Notes: a model not told the origin generated them from the letters alone. A stretch of 63,442 bases of DNA, filler included, from Saprolegnia diclina VS20 (GCF_000281045.1; 11 parts of 3 records of this genome joined end to end with filler, not necessarily neighbours in it), one strand, 5' to 3'; numbered from the whole stretch's first letter, positions 12,280 through 23,951 are shown. Numbers and translations: made by a program.

Positions 12280-12958
12280 ATGTTCTTTGTTGACTGGTTC
12301 TACGGCGTCTTGGGCTTCCTCGGTACGGCCATAATGGAGCGACCTGCGGAAGGTTGATCTCTGTACATGCAGGTCTCCACCGCAAGAACGCCAAGATCTT
12401 GTTCCTTGGCTTGGATAACGCCGGTAAGACGACGCTCCTCCACATGCTCAAGGACGACCGCGTTGCCGTGCACGAGCCGACGTTGCACCCGAGTACGTAC
12501 CCATCGACATGCTAAGAGAGCCCTGTGCTAATGGTGGAGCATTAGACTCGGAAGAACTCATTATTGGCAAGCTTCGCCTTCGCACGTTCGACTTGGGCGG
12601 CCACGAAACCGCTCGCAAGCTCTGGCGCGACTACTTTGCCACGGTTGACGGTGTCGTCTTTCTTGTCGATGCTCTCGACCGCGACCGCTTCCCTGAGTCG
12701 AAGCGCGAGTTGGACACGCTCCTCGGCTGCGACGAGCTCGCCAACGTCCCGTTCCTTGTCTTGGGCAACAAGATTGATATCCCGCGCGCCGCCTCGGAGG
12801 ACGAGCTTCGCGCGGCCCTTGGCCTTTACGAAACGTACGGCAAGGAGGCCCGTGGTGACCGTGACGCCAACATTCGCCCGATCGAACTGTACATGTGCTC
12901 GGTCGTGCGGCGAATGGGGTACGCCGACGGCTTCCGCTGGATGGCGCAGTTCCTATAA
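12280..12958 (+). CDS. SAR1: Sar1 GTPase (COPII), 3 exons
   Basis: [66 protein letters not shown]. Confidence 0.97.
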
Positions 12959-13205
12959 GCAACGACTCGACGCGACGCGCAGCTCGACTACACGCAATCG
13001 CCTTGCATTTTATTTTTAAAGCTAAAAAAACTGACCCCGTTGTCGGATTTTCTCGTGCTTGTACGTTTCGCTATACACTGCTAAGCAGATCATGATGCGT
13101 ATTCGTGCGACCTTGCCCATCGACATGGCGAGCCGTCGGCGCCTATTCCTGGGGGCTTGCCCGCTAAAGATAGCCTTCGCCTTTCGCTCTTCCCGCGATG
13201 CTCAA

Positions 13206-13220
13206 GCTCATTCCGCATCC
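13206..13220 (+). promoter_or_regulatory. INR element upstream of the His1 secreted-protein gene
   Basis: GCTCATTCCGCATCC starting 47 bp before ATG 13253. Confidence 0.6.
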
Positions 13221-13252
13221 CGCGCGCCTGAGCCTACTCGACTCGGTGAGCT

Positions 13253-14169
13253 ATGGTGCGCCAGCTCTTTTTGCTCCTTGGGGCTGTCGCTGCCCACTCG
13301 TGGATTGGTAGTTAAGTCTTCGTGCTGCATGGTATCTGACGAGGCGATGCTAGAGTGCTCCGACTATCTCATGACGTCGGTGGAAGACCGCAACTACTGG
13401 GACGCGTCCAAGTGCTTCGGGTATCCCCGTTGCTCGGCAGCCCGTACGACTACTGTCGAAATTGCACAGCTCATTGCTGGTTGTAGGCAACGGTGTCTTT
13501 GGCAACGAAGGCTCGCTCGACTACCAGTCCGCGAAGGGCAACTCGTGTCAATGCGCGCAAGGCTCGAACAACGCTTACACGTCGACATATCCCAAGGCGA
13601 CGTACGTGCCCGGGCAGCGCGTCTGCCTCGCGTACCCTGCCAAGAACCACGTGGCGGACCATTGCACGAACCAGTACATTCCGGACAACGGCATGACCAT
13701 CTACCGGTCGACGGTCGGCGCGACGGCCGACCCTGCCCTAGGCCAGTGGCCCGTTCAGTACCCCAACACAACCAACGGCGAGCACGCGAACGGCGTCATC
13801 GACTACAAAGGGTTCCAGAACTGCCCGAAATTCTGCGAAAACATGCCCAACGCGTTTTGCTCGCTCTGCTTTGACCTGGAGCCGGACCTCGCGCTCGGCA
13901 CGTACACGTTCCACTGGGAGTGGCTCTTCAACGCCAATCAAGCCAAGTACATATCGTGCTGGGAGGCTGACGTCGTCCAGTCCAAGTCCCACCCGACGCC
14001 AAGTTTCTTGCCATCAACGACGGCGGCTCCGCAACCTCTCTCACCACCCGGATCGACGCCTGCACCGATGCCCTACCCGAGCGTCACACCGTCAGTGCAG
14101 CCAACGCCGGCTCCGACCAATAAGTACGGTCCGTCGGGGACGGGCAGCGACTACTTCGATTGCGACTAG
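13253..14169 (+). CDS. Secreted Cys-rich protein with predicted N-terminal His (LPMO-like/His-brace candidate) and P/T-rich tail, 3 exons
   Basis: Exons 13253-13307, 13354-13443, 13487-14169, phase-consistent. Translation MVRQLFLLLGAVAA|HSWIECSDY...GYPR...CLAYPAKNH...GTYTFHWEW...YISCWEADV, then a P/S/T-rich tail. Confidence 0.8.
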
Positions 14170-14366
14170 CGACTACCACCCTTGTGACGTTGGCTACTTC
14201 TTTCAGGATACTTCTGCGTCCATGTTGTGCAAACTTGCTACTCATTCGACCTAAATTTTCTCACGACTATTTCCGGGTGTGTTATCTTGTTATTACCGCT
14301 TGCGAGCAATAGTAACAGGGTAGTGTATTTGGTCCACGAGCGAGTGATTATGCTCAGCGTTTGTAC

Positions 14367-15584
14367 TTAGTGCTGGCCGAGAACCCACGGGTGCTGTGCA
14401 ATCTGCTCGACCGTGAGCCGTTGCCGCGGGTCATGGACGACCAGCATCTTATTGAGGAGGTCCCGGACACTTCGACTCACGTGATGCATGCCCCACGAGT
14501 CGAGCATCTCGTTGAGCCGGCCTGTCGCGATCATCTGGAAACGTGGGTCCACGTCGTCGGGCCGCTCGAACGGCGGCGCACCCGTCACCATGATGAAGAG
14601 CATGACGCCCGTTGACCAAATATCGGCCGCAAACCCATTGAACGGCACTTGGTTCCGGTAGATCTACAAGCACACAAAATGAGAAAATGTGATATTATTG
14701 CAAAGGTTGGCGGACCTCGGGCGGCATGTAAAAGATCTTGCCCACGGCGCCAGCGGGCGGCAAGGAGTATGTCATGCCCTGTGCGTCAACGGGGATGCCA
14801 ATGCACAGCCCAAAGTCGATAATCTACACGGGGCATTCGGGAATATGTGAGACGTCGAGTGATTGGACCTTGGAGATGCTGCCATCGAGGAGAACGTTTT
14901 CAAGCGACATGTCTCGGTGGCAAATCAACCGGTGTTGGAGGTACGAGAGGCCGTTGAGCACTTGGGCGAACCAGTGCCGGCACTCGCCTTCGTCCATGGC
15001 GCCGCCGCTCTCGACAAGCGAGAAGAGCTCGCCGCCTTTGCAGAAGGGCAGCACCGCATAGATAAATTCGGGGTCGTGGAGGCACTCGAGCTACGACGCG
15101 CATCAAGCATGGATCGAGCGTGCAATCACTGTCGTACCAGCGGCAGAACATTCGGATGACCCGGCGTCGAGAGGTACTGCTGCGTTGCGAGCTCGACCAT
15201 GGGATTCTCCTGGAGGTTGCCCTGCTCGATGATGGCCTTGCTCATGACTTTGATCGCGACTTCGAGGTTCGTCCGCACAAAGACGCCCGAGCCGTTCGGG
15301 TGCGGCGTCAGCTCCACGGCGTGCTTGACCTTACCATAAATACACTTGCGCAGCGTGCGCACAAACTCGTAGACATGCCCCGAGCCCGAGAAGAGGCATG
15401 GCACGACGCCGACGCCGAGGATCTCGCAGTTGCGCAGCTCCGCGTTCATGAAGTGGACCTCTTGGGGTATGGCCGAGCCGATGCCACCGTCGTCGTGGAG
15501 CTCGCTGCCCGTGCGGAAGATCTGGTCCGTCGGCGCGATGCGGATACCGAGCGCATGGAGCTGCGCCACAAGATCTTGGCTCAT
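14367..15584 (-). CDS. Ser/Thr protein kinase, CAMK-like, multi-exon
   Basis: IYGKVK, VAIKVMSK, GGELF, HRDMSLEN, DFG, GKIFYMPPE, ADIWSTGVMLF, DPRQRLT...HPW. Confidence 0.93.
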
Positions 15585-16363
15585 GGCTGCAAAATCGCGA
15601 TTCCGGAAACCGATGTCGGTCGCCTCCGGCTTCTCAGACCGGAATGTTTTCGTTTGAATTATATTATTTCCGGCTCACTTGAGATCCAGTGTATTGTAAT
15701 GGGGTGTTTTTTAAATCGAACGGCGCACTTCCAGCAGCCTCATCGGCAGAGTCGAGACTACAACCAGGTGCACGGATGCATGACCCTCTCTGCGCAATCC
15801 AGTGTGTCGCGGCCGCATTGCTCGCCAGTCGTCGCTGCGTTTTCTACTACGTACTGGGCGCAACAGCAACTGGACAATCAGAGTGCATCTTCAGCCGTTG
15901 GAACGCAACAAACCCGCCAAGTGCAGAACAGGGGCCATGCACTGGCACTCTATCGAGGTGCAGTCCGAGTCATACTATGAGTGGACTATTAAGACCATCT
16001 ATTGGAGTAGTTCAACATCTTTGGCAGCGTGGCGATCGAATCAAGGAACGCGCGTCGCCTCGGACCGCGTACTAACGCTGTGACTGTGTGTTAGCAGCGG
16101 CGGCATGGTCGCATGTGGCTATAGACACGGGCCTCGATTGATCGGCCACAGAGCCAAGTCCAAGCGAACCCAAGATCACTTTGGCTTCACTGGTCAAGAC
16201 GGCGAGCGATCTCAACTTCCTGCACTTGCCAACTGCCGATCAAGATCGGCTGCTGTGCGCACGCGATTGGCGAAAATAGTTTCATTTCAACCAATCATTG
16301 CTAGGAACAAGTCGTTAGGCGACGCGGATTGGGTAAAAAGTGCACTTTGCATTTTGCGCCGCG

Positions 16364-17098
16364 ATGCTGCTCCGAGCTGCGGTAGGATCGGCTGGCCCAT
16401 CGCGCTCACATCTCCTCACGACATGTGGTGGTATCTCATTGTAGATCTTTCGTGTATCTCTCGGCTACAACCTCGCCATGAAGGTGCTCGCGAACCGATC
16501 GTGGTGGTCCCGCATCGACGACCACATCATCCTTGGCGCGCTGCCCTTGGCCGACCGCGGCCACCATCTTCTTGTGGGACTTGTAGCGAGTTCGCTTGCG
16601 TGTTGTTCTCACGTGCACCTATCTGTGGAATGCATTAGCTTCAAAGAGAAGGTGTTGCCGCTGTCGTCACTATGAACGAACCGTTTGAGATGCAGCCCAC
16701 CCGACTGGGGCGCCCCGTGACGCCTGGTACACAGATCGATGCCCATTCCATGGAACGAACGCTGCGTAGATGACTGGCGCGAGCTCGGTATTGTGCAACA
16801 CCTGGCAGCGACCCGAGACTTTGCGCCACCGACGCTCGACAGTCTCGCATCGTGCGTCACGTTTGTTGCTGACCACGTCGCGCGCGGCGAGACGGTCTAC
16901 GTGCACTGCAAGGCTGGGCGCGGACGCAGCACGATCGTCGTGGCCGCATACTTTATGCAGGCGCACGACTGGTCCATCGACCAAGCGCTGGATTTCATCA
17001 AGCAAAAGCGACCGCACATTGCAAAGTCCAGGGCAATTCTGCGGCAGTTTCAAGCCCACTTGGCCGCCCAACGACCCGACGTAATTCCATTAGAATAA
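16364..17098 (+). CDS. PTPMT1: PTPMT1-like dual-specificity (phosphatidylglycerophosphate) phosphatase, multi-exon
   Basis: WWSRIDDHIILGALP, GVAAVVTMNEPFE, active site VYVHCKAGRGRST, KQKRPHI; INR-FPR TGCACTTTGCATTTTGC at 16341. Confidence 0.8.
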
Positions 17099-17658
17099 AT
17101 ATGCTTGCGCGCCGATCCTGCAGAGTACGAGACACAAATGGAGGTCCAAGTCCGACGACCATGCATCGTTACCGGTCTTTCAATCATTGCTGATCACCAC
17201 GCGTCCATTATCGACACCGAACCTCCAGCCGGTGGCGGGGACAGAGCGTTCTTTTCGGCTCTTTGGATCTTTGGATGATACTTTTCGTGGTGCACTCCGA
17301 GTCGGAACAGTATGATGCAACGAAAGCGCTCGGTTGATTTGGTGAGCATTCTTTGGATGAGTGAACCGTTCTGCGGTATGCAGCAGTAGCAATGATCGAG
17401 TCGTCCGCCGACATGGCATTGAACCGCGAATTCATGGCCCCGTGTTAAAGAAACACACATCGAAGTATCAAGCAACGTGAAGCCATCTCTTCGGTACCCC
17501 ACGCATCGAGCCGCCGTAAAGCTCTAAAATCTTGGTGCTAGTACGAGTCAAAGCGTTTCCGAATTTTTGGTGTAGCTCCATGGTGTGTTTGTGACTATCG
17601 ATTGCCGTACACTTTCACATAAAATATGGAGCCAAAATCGCCACTTGCTCGTTAGTTA

Positions 17659-18501
17659 CTACGGCGCAAAGGTAAAGTGGTAGATGCCTTCGTCCGTCGT
17701 CGGCGCGACCCACTGGAAGCCCTCCGCGCGCGCACACGCCAATACGTAGTCGATCGAGACGTTGCGCTTCGTGTACGCGAGCAAGAAGAGATGGTTGGGG
17801 CGCCGCGACAGGAAATGGCTGGCGGACGCGAAGAGCGGTGCCACGTACGCCTTCTCGTAAATGATATCGGCGCCGAGGAGCACATCGTAGCACCCCTTCG
17901 TCTCGGGTGTGAGCTCCGTGCCCCAGAGCAGCTGCTTGCAGCACGCCGTAGGGTCCATGCCGTTCAGCTTGCAGTTGTCAATGAGTACCGGCATCGACTC
18001 GTCGTCTCCGTCCTATGTGCGAGGCATGAGGGGCCTTGCGAACAAGGAAGAACTTACCGTGATGAGTACGTTCGCACCGAGCTTGCCAGCAAGAATGCCA
18101 CAGAGACCGAGACCACTCCCAAACTACAAGCATGAGTCATTTGCAGAGATGCACCACGAGGCTACCTCGAGCACGCGCTTGCCCTCAAACAAGGACTTGT
18201 GACGGAACATGAAGTCCGAGAGAAAGTCGCCGGCGCGCCAGAGTGTGAGACCCGTGCTGTTGAGTGTCTGGCCAATGTCGCGGCGCAGGCCATTGAGGCG
18301 GATCTCAATGTCGTCGCCAAACGTAAAGCAGAATGACTCGTCGTTCGGACCCTTGGCCTCTTCGAGCGCCGACTGCACGCCTTTCCGGACATCGAAATCG
18401 TTCTCGTCATCGCCGACGTCGATGCCGCGCTCCATTGCAAACTCGCGGAGCGCGGCGAGCGCGTCGGCCGAGAGGCCAATGTCATCGTCCTGTTGCATCA
18501 T
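17659..18501 (-). CDS. Methyltransf_16 (METTL21/EFM-like) protein-lysine methyltransferase, multi-exon
   Basis: TGLTLWRAG..LSDF, GKRVLE(LGSGLGLCGI), LLWG, DVLLGADIIY. Confidence 0.85.
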
Positions 18502-18633
18502 CGTGCTGCTGCCAATTGTCGGAATCCGCCAATCAGCCGTCGCAATGTCGCTTGCTTTCTATTGCTTTTTAAGCTGCTTGCGTGCAGGAAAGGTCGAAGT
18601 TTTGACCAATCGCAGTTCACCGACCGAGACAAG

Positions 18634-19953
18634 ATGGACGGAGGTGGCGTGAAGCGGCCCCACGATGACGAGTCGCTGCCGCGCAAGCTCACGGCCGTCG
18701 GCGTGCAAGGCCCGACGGGCGCTGCGTACACGGTGTACGAGAAGAACTGGCACTGCAAGGACTGCGGGCAGGAGAACTACGCACGCCGGCCACGCTGCAT
18801 GCGCTGCCGCGCGGCCAAGGTCGCTGCGCCGGACGCGCTCGTGTACACTGCGGCAAACCACGAAAACAAGTGGCGCGAGGCGCTGGACCCGTCGACGCAG
18901 AAGATCTACTACTACCACATTGAGACGAACGCGACGCAGTGGGAGCGCCCCAAGGAGATGGGTGCAGCCCCGCACTCGACGGGCTGGTTTGGCCGCGGCC
19001 AAGCGGGTATTGACAATGCGAGCAAGTACGAAGATCTCAACACGCGCCTTTTGCAACGACCCGCGCGCAAGCAGATCGATGCGATGCCGACCAAGAACAC
19101 GCGCATGGAAGGCGGGAACGAGTACAACATTTGGTACGACAAGTACGTCGGCGAGAACTGGGACCACACGAAGGGCCAGGACCCGGCCGAGCATCGCTGC
19201 TGCGTCGAAACGGACGGCGGGTACACAAAGGCCGACAAGATTGGCAAATCCAACAAGTTTTTCTGCCTCCACTTTGCCCGCGGTGGCTGCGCGCGGGGCA
19301 CCGAGTGCAACTACTTCCATCGGCTCCCGACGATGGCCGACGAGCTTCGCCTCGGCATGCTCCACGACTGCTTTGGCCGCGAGCGTCATGCGACTGATCG
19401 TGACGACATGGCGGGCGCCGGCAACTTTATGCGCAACTCGCGGACCTTGTACGTTGGCGGGCTCAAGCCCAAGAGCATGGTCACCGACATCGTCATGCAA
19501 GCGTTCGAAGAGTGGGGCGAGGTTGAGAACGTCAACATTGTGCACCGCCTCACGACGGCGTTCGTCCGGTATCGCCACCGCACGTCGGCCGAGTTTGCGA
19601 AGGAAGCGATGAGCAACCAGGCGCTCGAAGACAGCGAAATCCTCCAAATCAAGTGGGCCATGGACGACCCGAACCCAGTCGCCAAGGCTGCGGCCCAACG
19701 TGCGGACGCTGACGCGGTGCACGCGATGCTCAAGTCGCGCAACGTCTCGACGACGGCCGCGCCGTTCGACTACCCCGAGACGTACCAGATGCAGACCAAC
19801 AAGAAGCAAAAGGCGCTCACGGACGCCAACATGTACCCGGACACGGACACGCAATTTGCCGCGACGCACCACGCGGCCATCGAGCAACAAAAGCAGATGA
19901 AGCTCCTGAGCTACGCCGACCAGAGCGACGACGAAGGCGAGGACAACGCGTAG
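18634..19953 (+). CDS. CWC2: Pre-mRNA splicing factor Cwc2 (CCCH ZnF + RRM) with extra N-terminal RanBP2-type ZnF and WW domain
   Basis: RPARKQ, YNIWYDKYVG, FCLHFARGGCARGTECNYFHRLP, DCFGRERH, RTLYVGG, AEFAKEAMSNQAL, KWAMDDPNP; N-terminal WHCKDCGQENYARRPRCMRC and WREALDP...YYYH.ETNATQWERP. Confidence 0.9.
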   Translation: MDGGGVKRPHDDESLPRKLTAVGVQGPTGAAYTVYEKNWHCKDCGQENYARRPRCMRCRAAKVAAPDALVYTAANHENKWREALDPSTQKIYYYHIETNATQWERPKEMGAAPHSTGWFGRGQAGIDNASKYEDLNTRLLQRPARKQIDAMPTKNTRMEGGNEYNIWYDKYVGENWDHTKGQDPAEHRCCVETDGGYTKADKIGKSNKFFCLHFARGGCARGTECNYFHRLPTMADELRLGMLHDCFGRERHATDRDDMAGAGNFMRNSRTLYVGGLKPKSMVTDIVMQAFEEWGEVENVNIVHRLTTAFVRYRHRTSAEFAKEAMSNQALEDSEILQIKWAMDDPNPVAKAAAQRADADAVHAMLKSRNVSTTAAPFDYPETYQMQTNKKQKALTDANMYPDTDTQFAATHHAAIEQQKQMKLLSYADQSDDEGEDNA

Positions 19954-20765
19954 AGGCCGCCCGCGACATAAGTGCCTCGTAGGTCTCTTGCAATTACATT
20001 GTACGTACTACGTTTCTTGCTCAGACATGTGTCTATGCACCTCCACAATTACTGCGCTAAGTCGACGCGTTTAACCCTCCCGCGACGGTTTGGGCTCAAG
20101 CTGCAGCAGAATGGTTAGAATGACAGCAACATCGACATAGCGGAGACTTGTCGTTTTGGAGGTGAGAGCAGTGCGGTGACAGTCCATGAAACAAAATAGA
20201 ACTATCCGAGTAGAGTAACTTCGAAGCCTTGAGTTGGTGGGATACTCACACCATGCAGGCGCGTGCCATCATGACGAGGTTTGATGAGCACTAAATGTGG
20301 CAATACATGGCTATATATGGCATATGCCATATATGATATTGTTGTATGAATTTCTCGCACTCGACACCTCGTACGCCGACACGGAGCAGAATTCCGTAAT
20401 CTACATCGTGTCTTTTATCATCATGGTAAGTTTAAGCGATTTCATTTTCGAACGCGATTGGAGCTCCGACAAGCTCGATGATGGCGAGGTGCGAGGTGAT
20501 CCATGACAAATTCGTACAGGATTGGTTGAAAATAGTTGAAAAATGACCAATGAATGTGATCCCTTTTCTTATTTTATTGCATAGAGATACCCAGATATGT
20601 TTTACGAGGCTACTACATGGTGTTCGTTCATCACCAAATTACCGGTAGCCTGGATGGACTCCACATTCATCGACTCTAGAACATTCTTCCGTCCAACCAA
20701 GTGAACTATATAACATGTAGAGTTGTACTATTCGTCATTATCACACAGCAAGGACGCGAATGCTC

Positions 20766-21771
20766 TTACGCCCGCCACGCGAACGAGGTATACATGCCCT
20801 TGTCCACGTTGAACGCCTCGCCCTTGTCGCCGGCACCAGCACCAGCAATCACATGCAGCTAGACAAAAATACATAATCAGCATCCGCTTGAAAGAAGTTG
20901 AGTCGCGTACTGGGATCAGGTGCTCTTCGCGCTGGTGGCAGTCGCGCGCGTGCGGGAGAGTCGCCCAGTTGGCTAGCGCATTGCGACGGTCCTCAACGTC
21001 CGCCTCCAACGCCGCCTCGGTCAGCGCCACGTTGAACTTGCGCGCCTTGTTCTCAAGGTCGCTTGTGCCACGACTCGGGTGGAAAGTCGCACCAGACCCG
21101 ACGATCGCAATGTTTTCGTCGCGAAGCACCGAGAGCACTTGGCCGATCTTGAAGTGGTGAAGGGGATCCAAGCCCGCAACGACGCTCACTTGGATGATCG
21201 GGATGTCTTCATCCGGATGAATGAGCTTGAGAGGCACGAACGTGCCATGGTCCCAGCCGCGCGTCGGGTCGAGGCGCGAAACAATGTTGGCATCCTTGAG
21301 AAGTTGGTGGATCTTTTGAGCGATCTCCGGCGACCCTGGCGCCTTGTACGTGAGCGAGTAGGCCTCTTGGGGGAAGCTACGCGTGAAACATAAGCCGTGG
21401 GTTCGCAATTCATCGCTGAGGAGACAATACCCGTAGTAGTCGTAGAGGAGGTCGTGGGATGCGCCGGACGAAATGGCCACGAACGGCTCTTCCCAGTGCG
21501 CCGTGACGATGACAATGGCTTTCGGGCGCTTGGTCGGATCGTTGAGGTTCAGAAGCTCGGGGATCTTGGTCTCGAGGAAGAGACGCGTCGGGCCGTGGTT
21601 GGGGTCCGTCGATGGCTTGAGGATCGGGAACGGACCAGCGCCGTGGTTGGCAAAGACGGCCGCAGCACGAACAGCAGCACAAGTAGCCATATCGTTCGTT
21701 GTTGGCGCCGCGGAGGAAAAGAAAGAATGAAGAGCGAGGGCCGAGGTCAAGCAGACGAGGAAAGACGACAT
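20766..21771 (-). CDS. LigB/DODA-type (YgiD, 4,5-DOPA) extradiol ring-cleavage dioxygenase, 3 exons
   Basis: NHGAGP, TAHWE, YDYYG/FP.EAY.L.Y.APGSP, RGWDHGTFVPL, GSGATFH, HQREEHLIP/LHV.AGA; intron 21377-21430. Confidence 0.9.
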
Positions 21772-23007
21772 CGTGACGTGATGCAAATCCAAAAGTGAGT
21801 GTGATTGGCCATCCTCGAATTTCGAAGAGCCAATGGAAACGCTGCATGGATACGCCGAAGTGGAATCATCAACGCGGATTCATCACGATACCATAGCAAT
21901 ACGTGGTGTCGGGTGTGCGGTGCTACCAACGGCCTTCGAGAGGCTAGTGCAGTGGTAAGCGAGCTTTTGCGGGGCTCGTCGTCTTCGCTTTGCGCGATCA
22001 AACACACAGAATCGCTCGGAAGCTGCTTCCGGGAGCTTCCGGGAATCCGCTTCATGTCTCACGGAAACAACTTCCGGGGAAATCCCTGCCCCTCGTTGTA
22101 TACCCATACAAAACATCTAACATTGCATGTGACTGCAAGGGCAGCTAAACGTTGCTGTGGCAGCCCACGAATCACTTTACGGCCATCGCTTCGTACCGCA
22201 ATCGCTCTAGCAAGCGCAGGTGGGACTGAGAAATGGACACCGTGCAGAGATGGCTGCTGTACAGTCACTGTGCTGTAGCAGTCGCAAGGCGTCCAGTGTG
22301 CACTTTCAACGAGGATTGAGGACTATACGCATCCCATGCAGCCGTAGACACTGGATGACTGCGAGTTGTCGCCTCTTCTAGGCAATAGTGATGGCTTATA
22401 GGGAGTTGCGATCACTTTTGTATCCAATGTACTTCATCAAGCAAGCCACTGAGTTCAGATTGATCATGCACGTGCTTGGTCACAGGATGTCCTTTGACCT
22501 TTACTAGTATGAAGGACATAATTGAATTTATGTCCTTGCTATTCGCCTTGCTGTCGTAAGTGCATGCGCAGGTGTCTGGAGCGACACAGTCACTTGGTTG
22601 GCATCGTCGCTAAGAGTACCCTCGCGAGTGCGCGCACTCCAGGTTCCGCTCGATGCACGCACAGCACCCCAACAGCCGTTTAAAAGCGCACCGATCGCGG
22701 TGAGCGGTCGACCAGTCTACAGTTTCAATACTGCACCTTTTCTGCAATTCGGTGCGCTTATGTCGATTTCCGCCCTATCACCCTGGAATGCGCACCTCCT
22801 CCAATCGACCTCGGCCGTTCGTGATTCGCCCGTTCCAAAGGCTTCTCTCATAAAATACCAGCATCGGATTGTGGCATACATACCACAAGTATAGACAATC
22901 ACTTTTAACGGCGTGTCGCAGCGATTGCTATGCCAACGTAAAAATACAGCGGTCGAACGGCCCACACCCACTGCGCCTGCCACATCAGAAGACGCCGGCC
23001 CAAGACC

Positions 23008-23349
23008 ATGCTTCCTGCCTTGAGCGCCAGCGAGACGATCGGCGTCGTCGTAGCCTCGGTCGCCTTGGTGCTGGTTGTCGCCGTGGCCAAGCTCCGACAT
23101 GCAGCGCCCACACGCCGCAACTCGATCTGGTCCAGCCCCGACGATGAACTCGAAGACGTGCGCCTTCTCCAAGCCGAGCTGCGCAAGGCCAAGGCCGCGA
23201 AGCGCGAGCCGTTCTTCTATCCCGTGCTCGAAGAGACTGTCGCGTGGTGGGAAGAGTGGCAACGCAAGACAAAGCATCACCAAGACGCGGTCGCGCCGCT
23301 CTGCGCGACAGACTACCATCTGCACACGACGACGCTTGTGACGGCGTGA
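23008..23349 (+). CDS. Small single-TM hypothetical protein, 113 aa
   Basis: N-terminal hydrophobic helix IGVVVASVALVLVVAVA followed by a charged tail; host-like codon bias. Confidence 0.5.
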   Translation: MLPALSASETIGVVVASVALVLVVAVAKLRHAAPTRRNSIWSSPDDELEDVRLLQAELRKAKAAKREPFFYPVLEETVAWWEEWQRKTKHHQDAVAPLCATDYHLHTTTLVTA

Positions 23350-23438
23350 GGAGCGGATGGCCGTCTGTAGATTAGGCGCCGTACAAGTGGCGTCAAATAA
23401 CTTATTGCAACATTGCTGTGCATGAACTCTTTCGACGC

Positions 23439-23851
23439 CTACGACTCGAGTGGCGGAAACGCGCTGACGATGTAGGCGACGTCGGGCAGCGCCGGCTCGA
23501 CCACCTGCTTGGCCGACATACGTCCTGGGCGGGCTGTCTTGGCCTTGGGCACAACGCGGTTGTGTGAGAGATTCATGCCGGTGCCGCCTTGGGCGAGCCG
23601 CTGGACGCTGCTGCGAAGGACTTGGAGCCAGCGCAGCTTCTCGGCGAGCGACGGCGCGAAGAAGCGCGTGGCTTCGTCATTCTGCACGAGCACAAACTCG
23701 TCTGGCGACGTGGCGTCGCTGGGAAAATCGACGACGTAGGAAAGCGCCGAGAGCGCCCATACACCTTGGGCGAGTTGCGGACGGGCAATGTCGTGTTCGT
23801 CGAGGAAACACCGCAGCACGTCGTCTTGGAAGAAGGCTACAAGCCACGGCG
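23439..23851 (-). CDS. C-terminal fragment of a PH-domain-like protein, truncated by gap
   Basis: WLVAFFQDDVLRCF...EFVLV...RFFAPSLAEKLRWLQVL fits the PH strand plus Trp-helix pattern. Confidence 0.5.
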
Positions 23852-23951
23852 NNNNNNNNNNNNNNNNNNNNNNNNNNNNNNNNNNNNNNNNNNNNTTAAT
23901 TAATTAANNNNNNNNNNNNNNNNNNNNNNNNNNNNNNNNNNNNNNNNNNNN
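23852..23951. other. Assembly linker N44-TTAATTAATTAA-N44; also at 37245, 40838, 42540, 52340, 54588, 57881, 59577, 60885, 62082
   Basis: The same 100 nt spacer, whose 12-mer has stops in all six frames, recurs ten times between contigs. Confidence 0.97.

Noticed and set aside
18559..19890. Long antisense ORFs (443 aa here, 513 aa at 34898-36439, and many shorter)
   Set aside because: Shadows of GC3-rich sense genes; no motifs of their own.
23896..23907. Recurring TTAATTAATTAA as a transposon target site, PacI-type element or CRISPR-like repeat
   Set aside because: Always centred in a 44N-12-44N block, so it is an artificial contig linker; order and orientation across it are unreliable.
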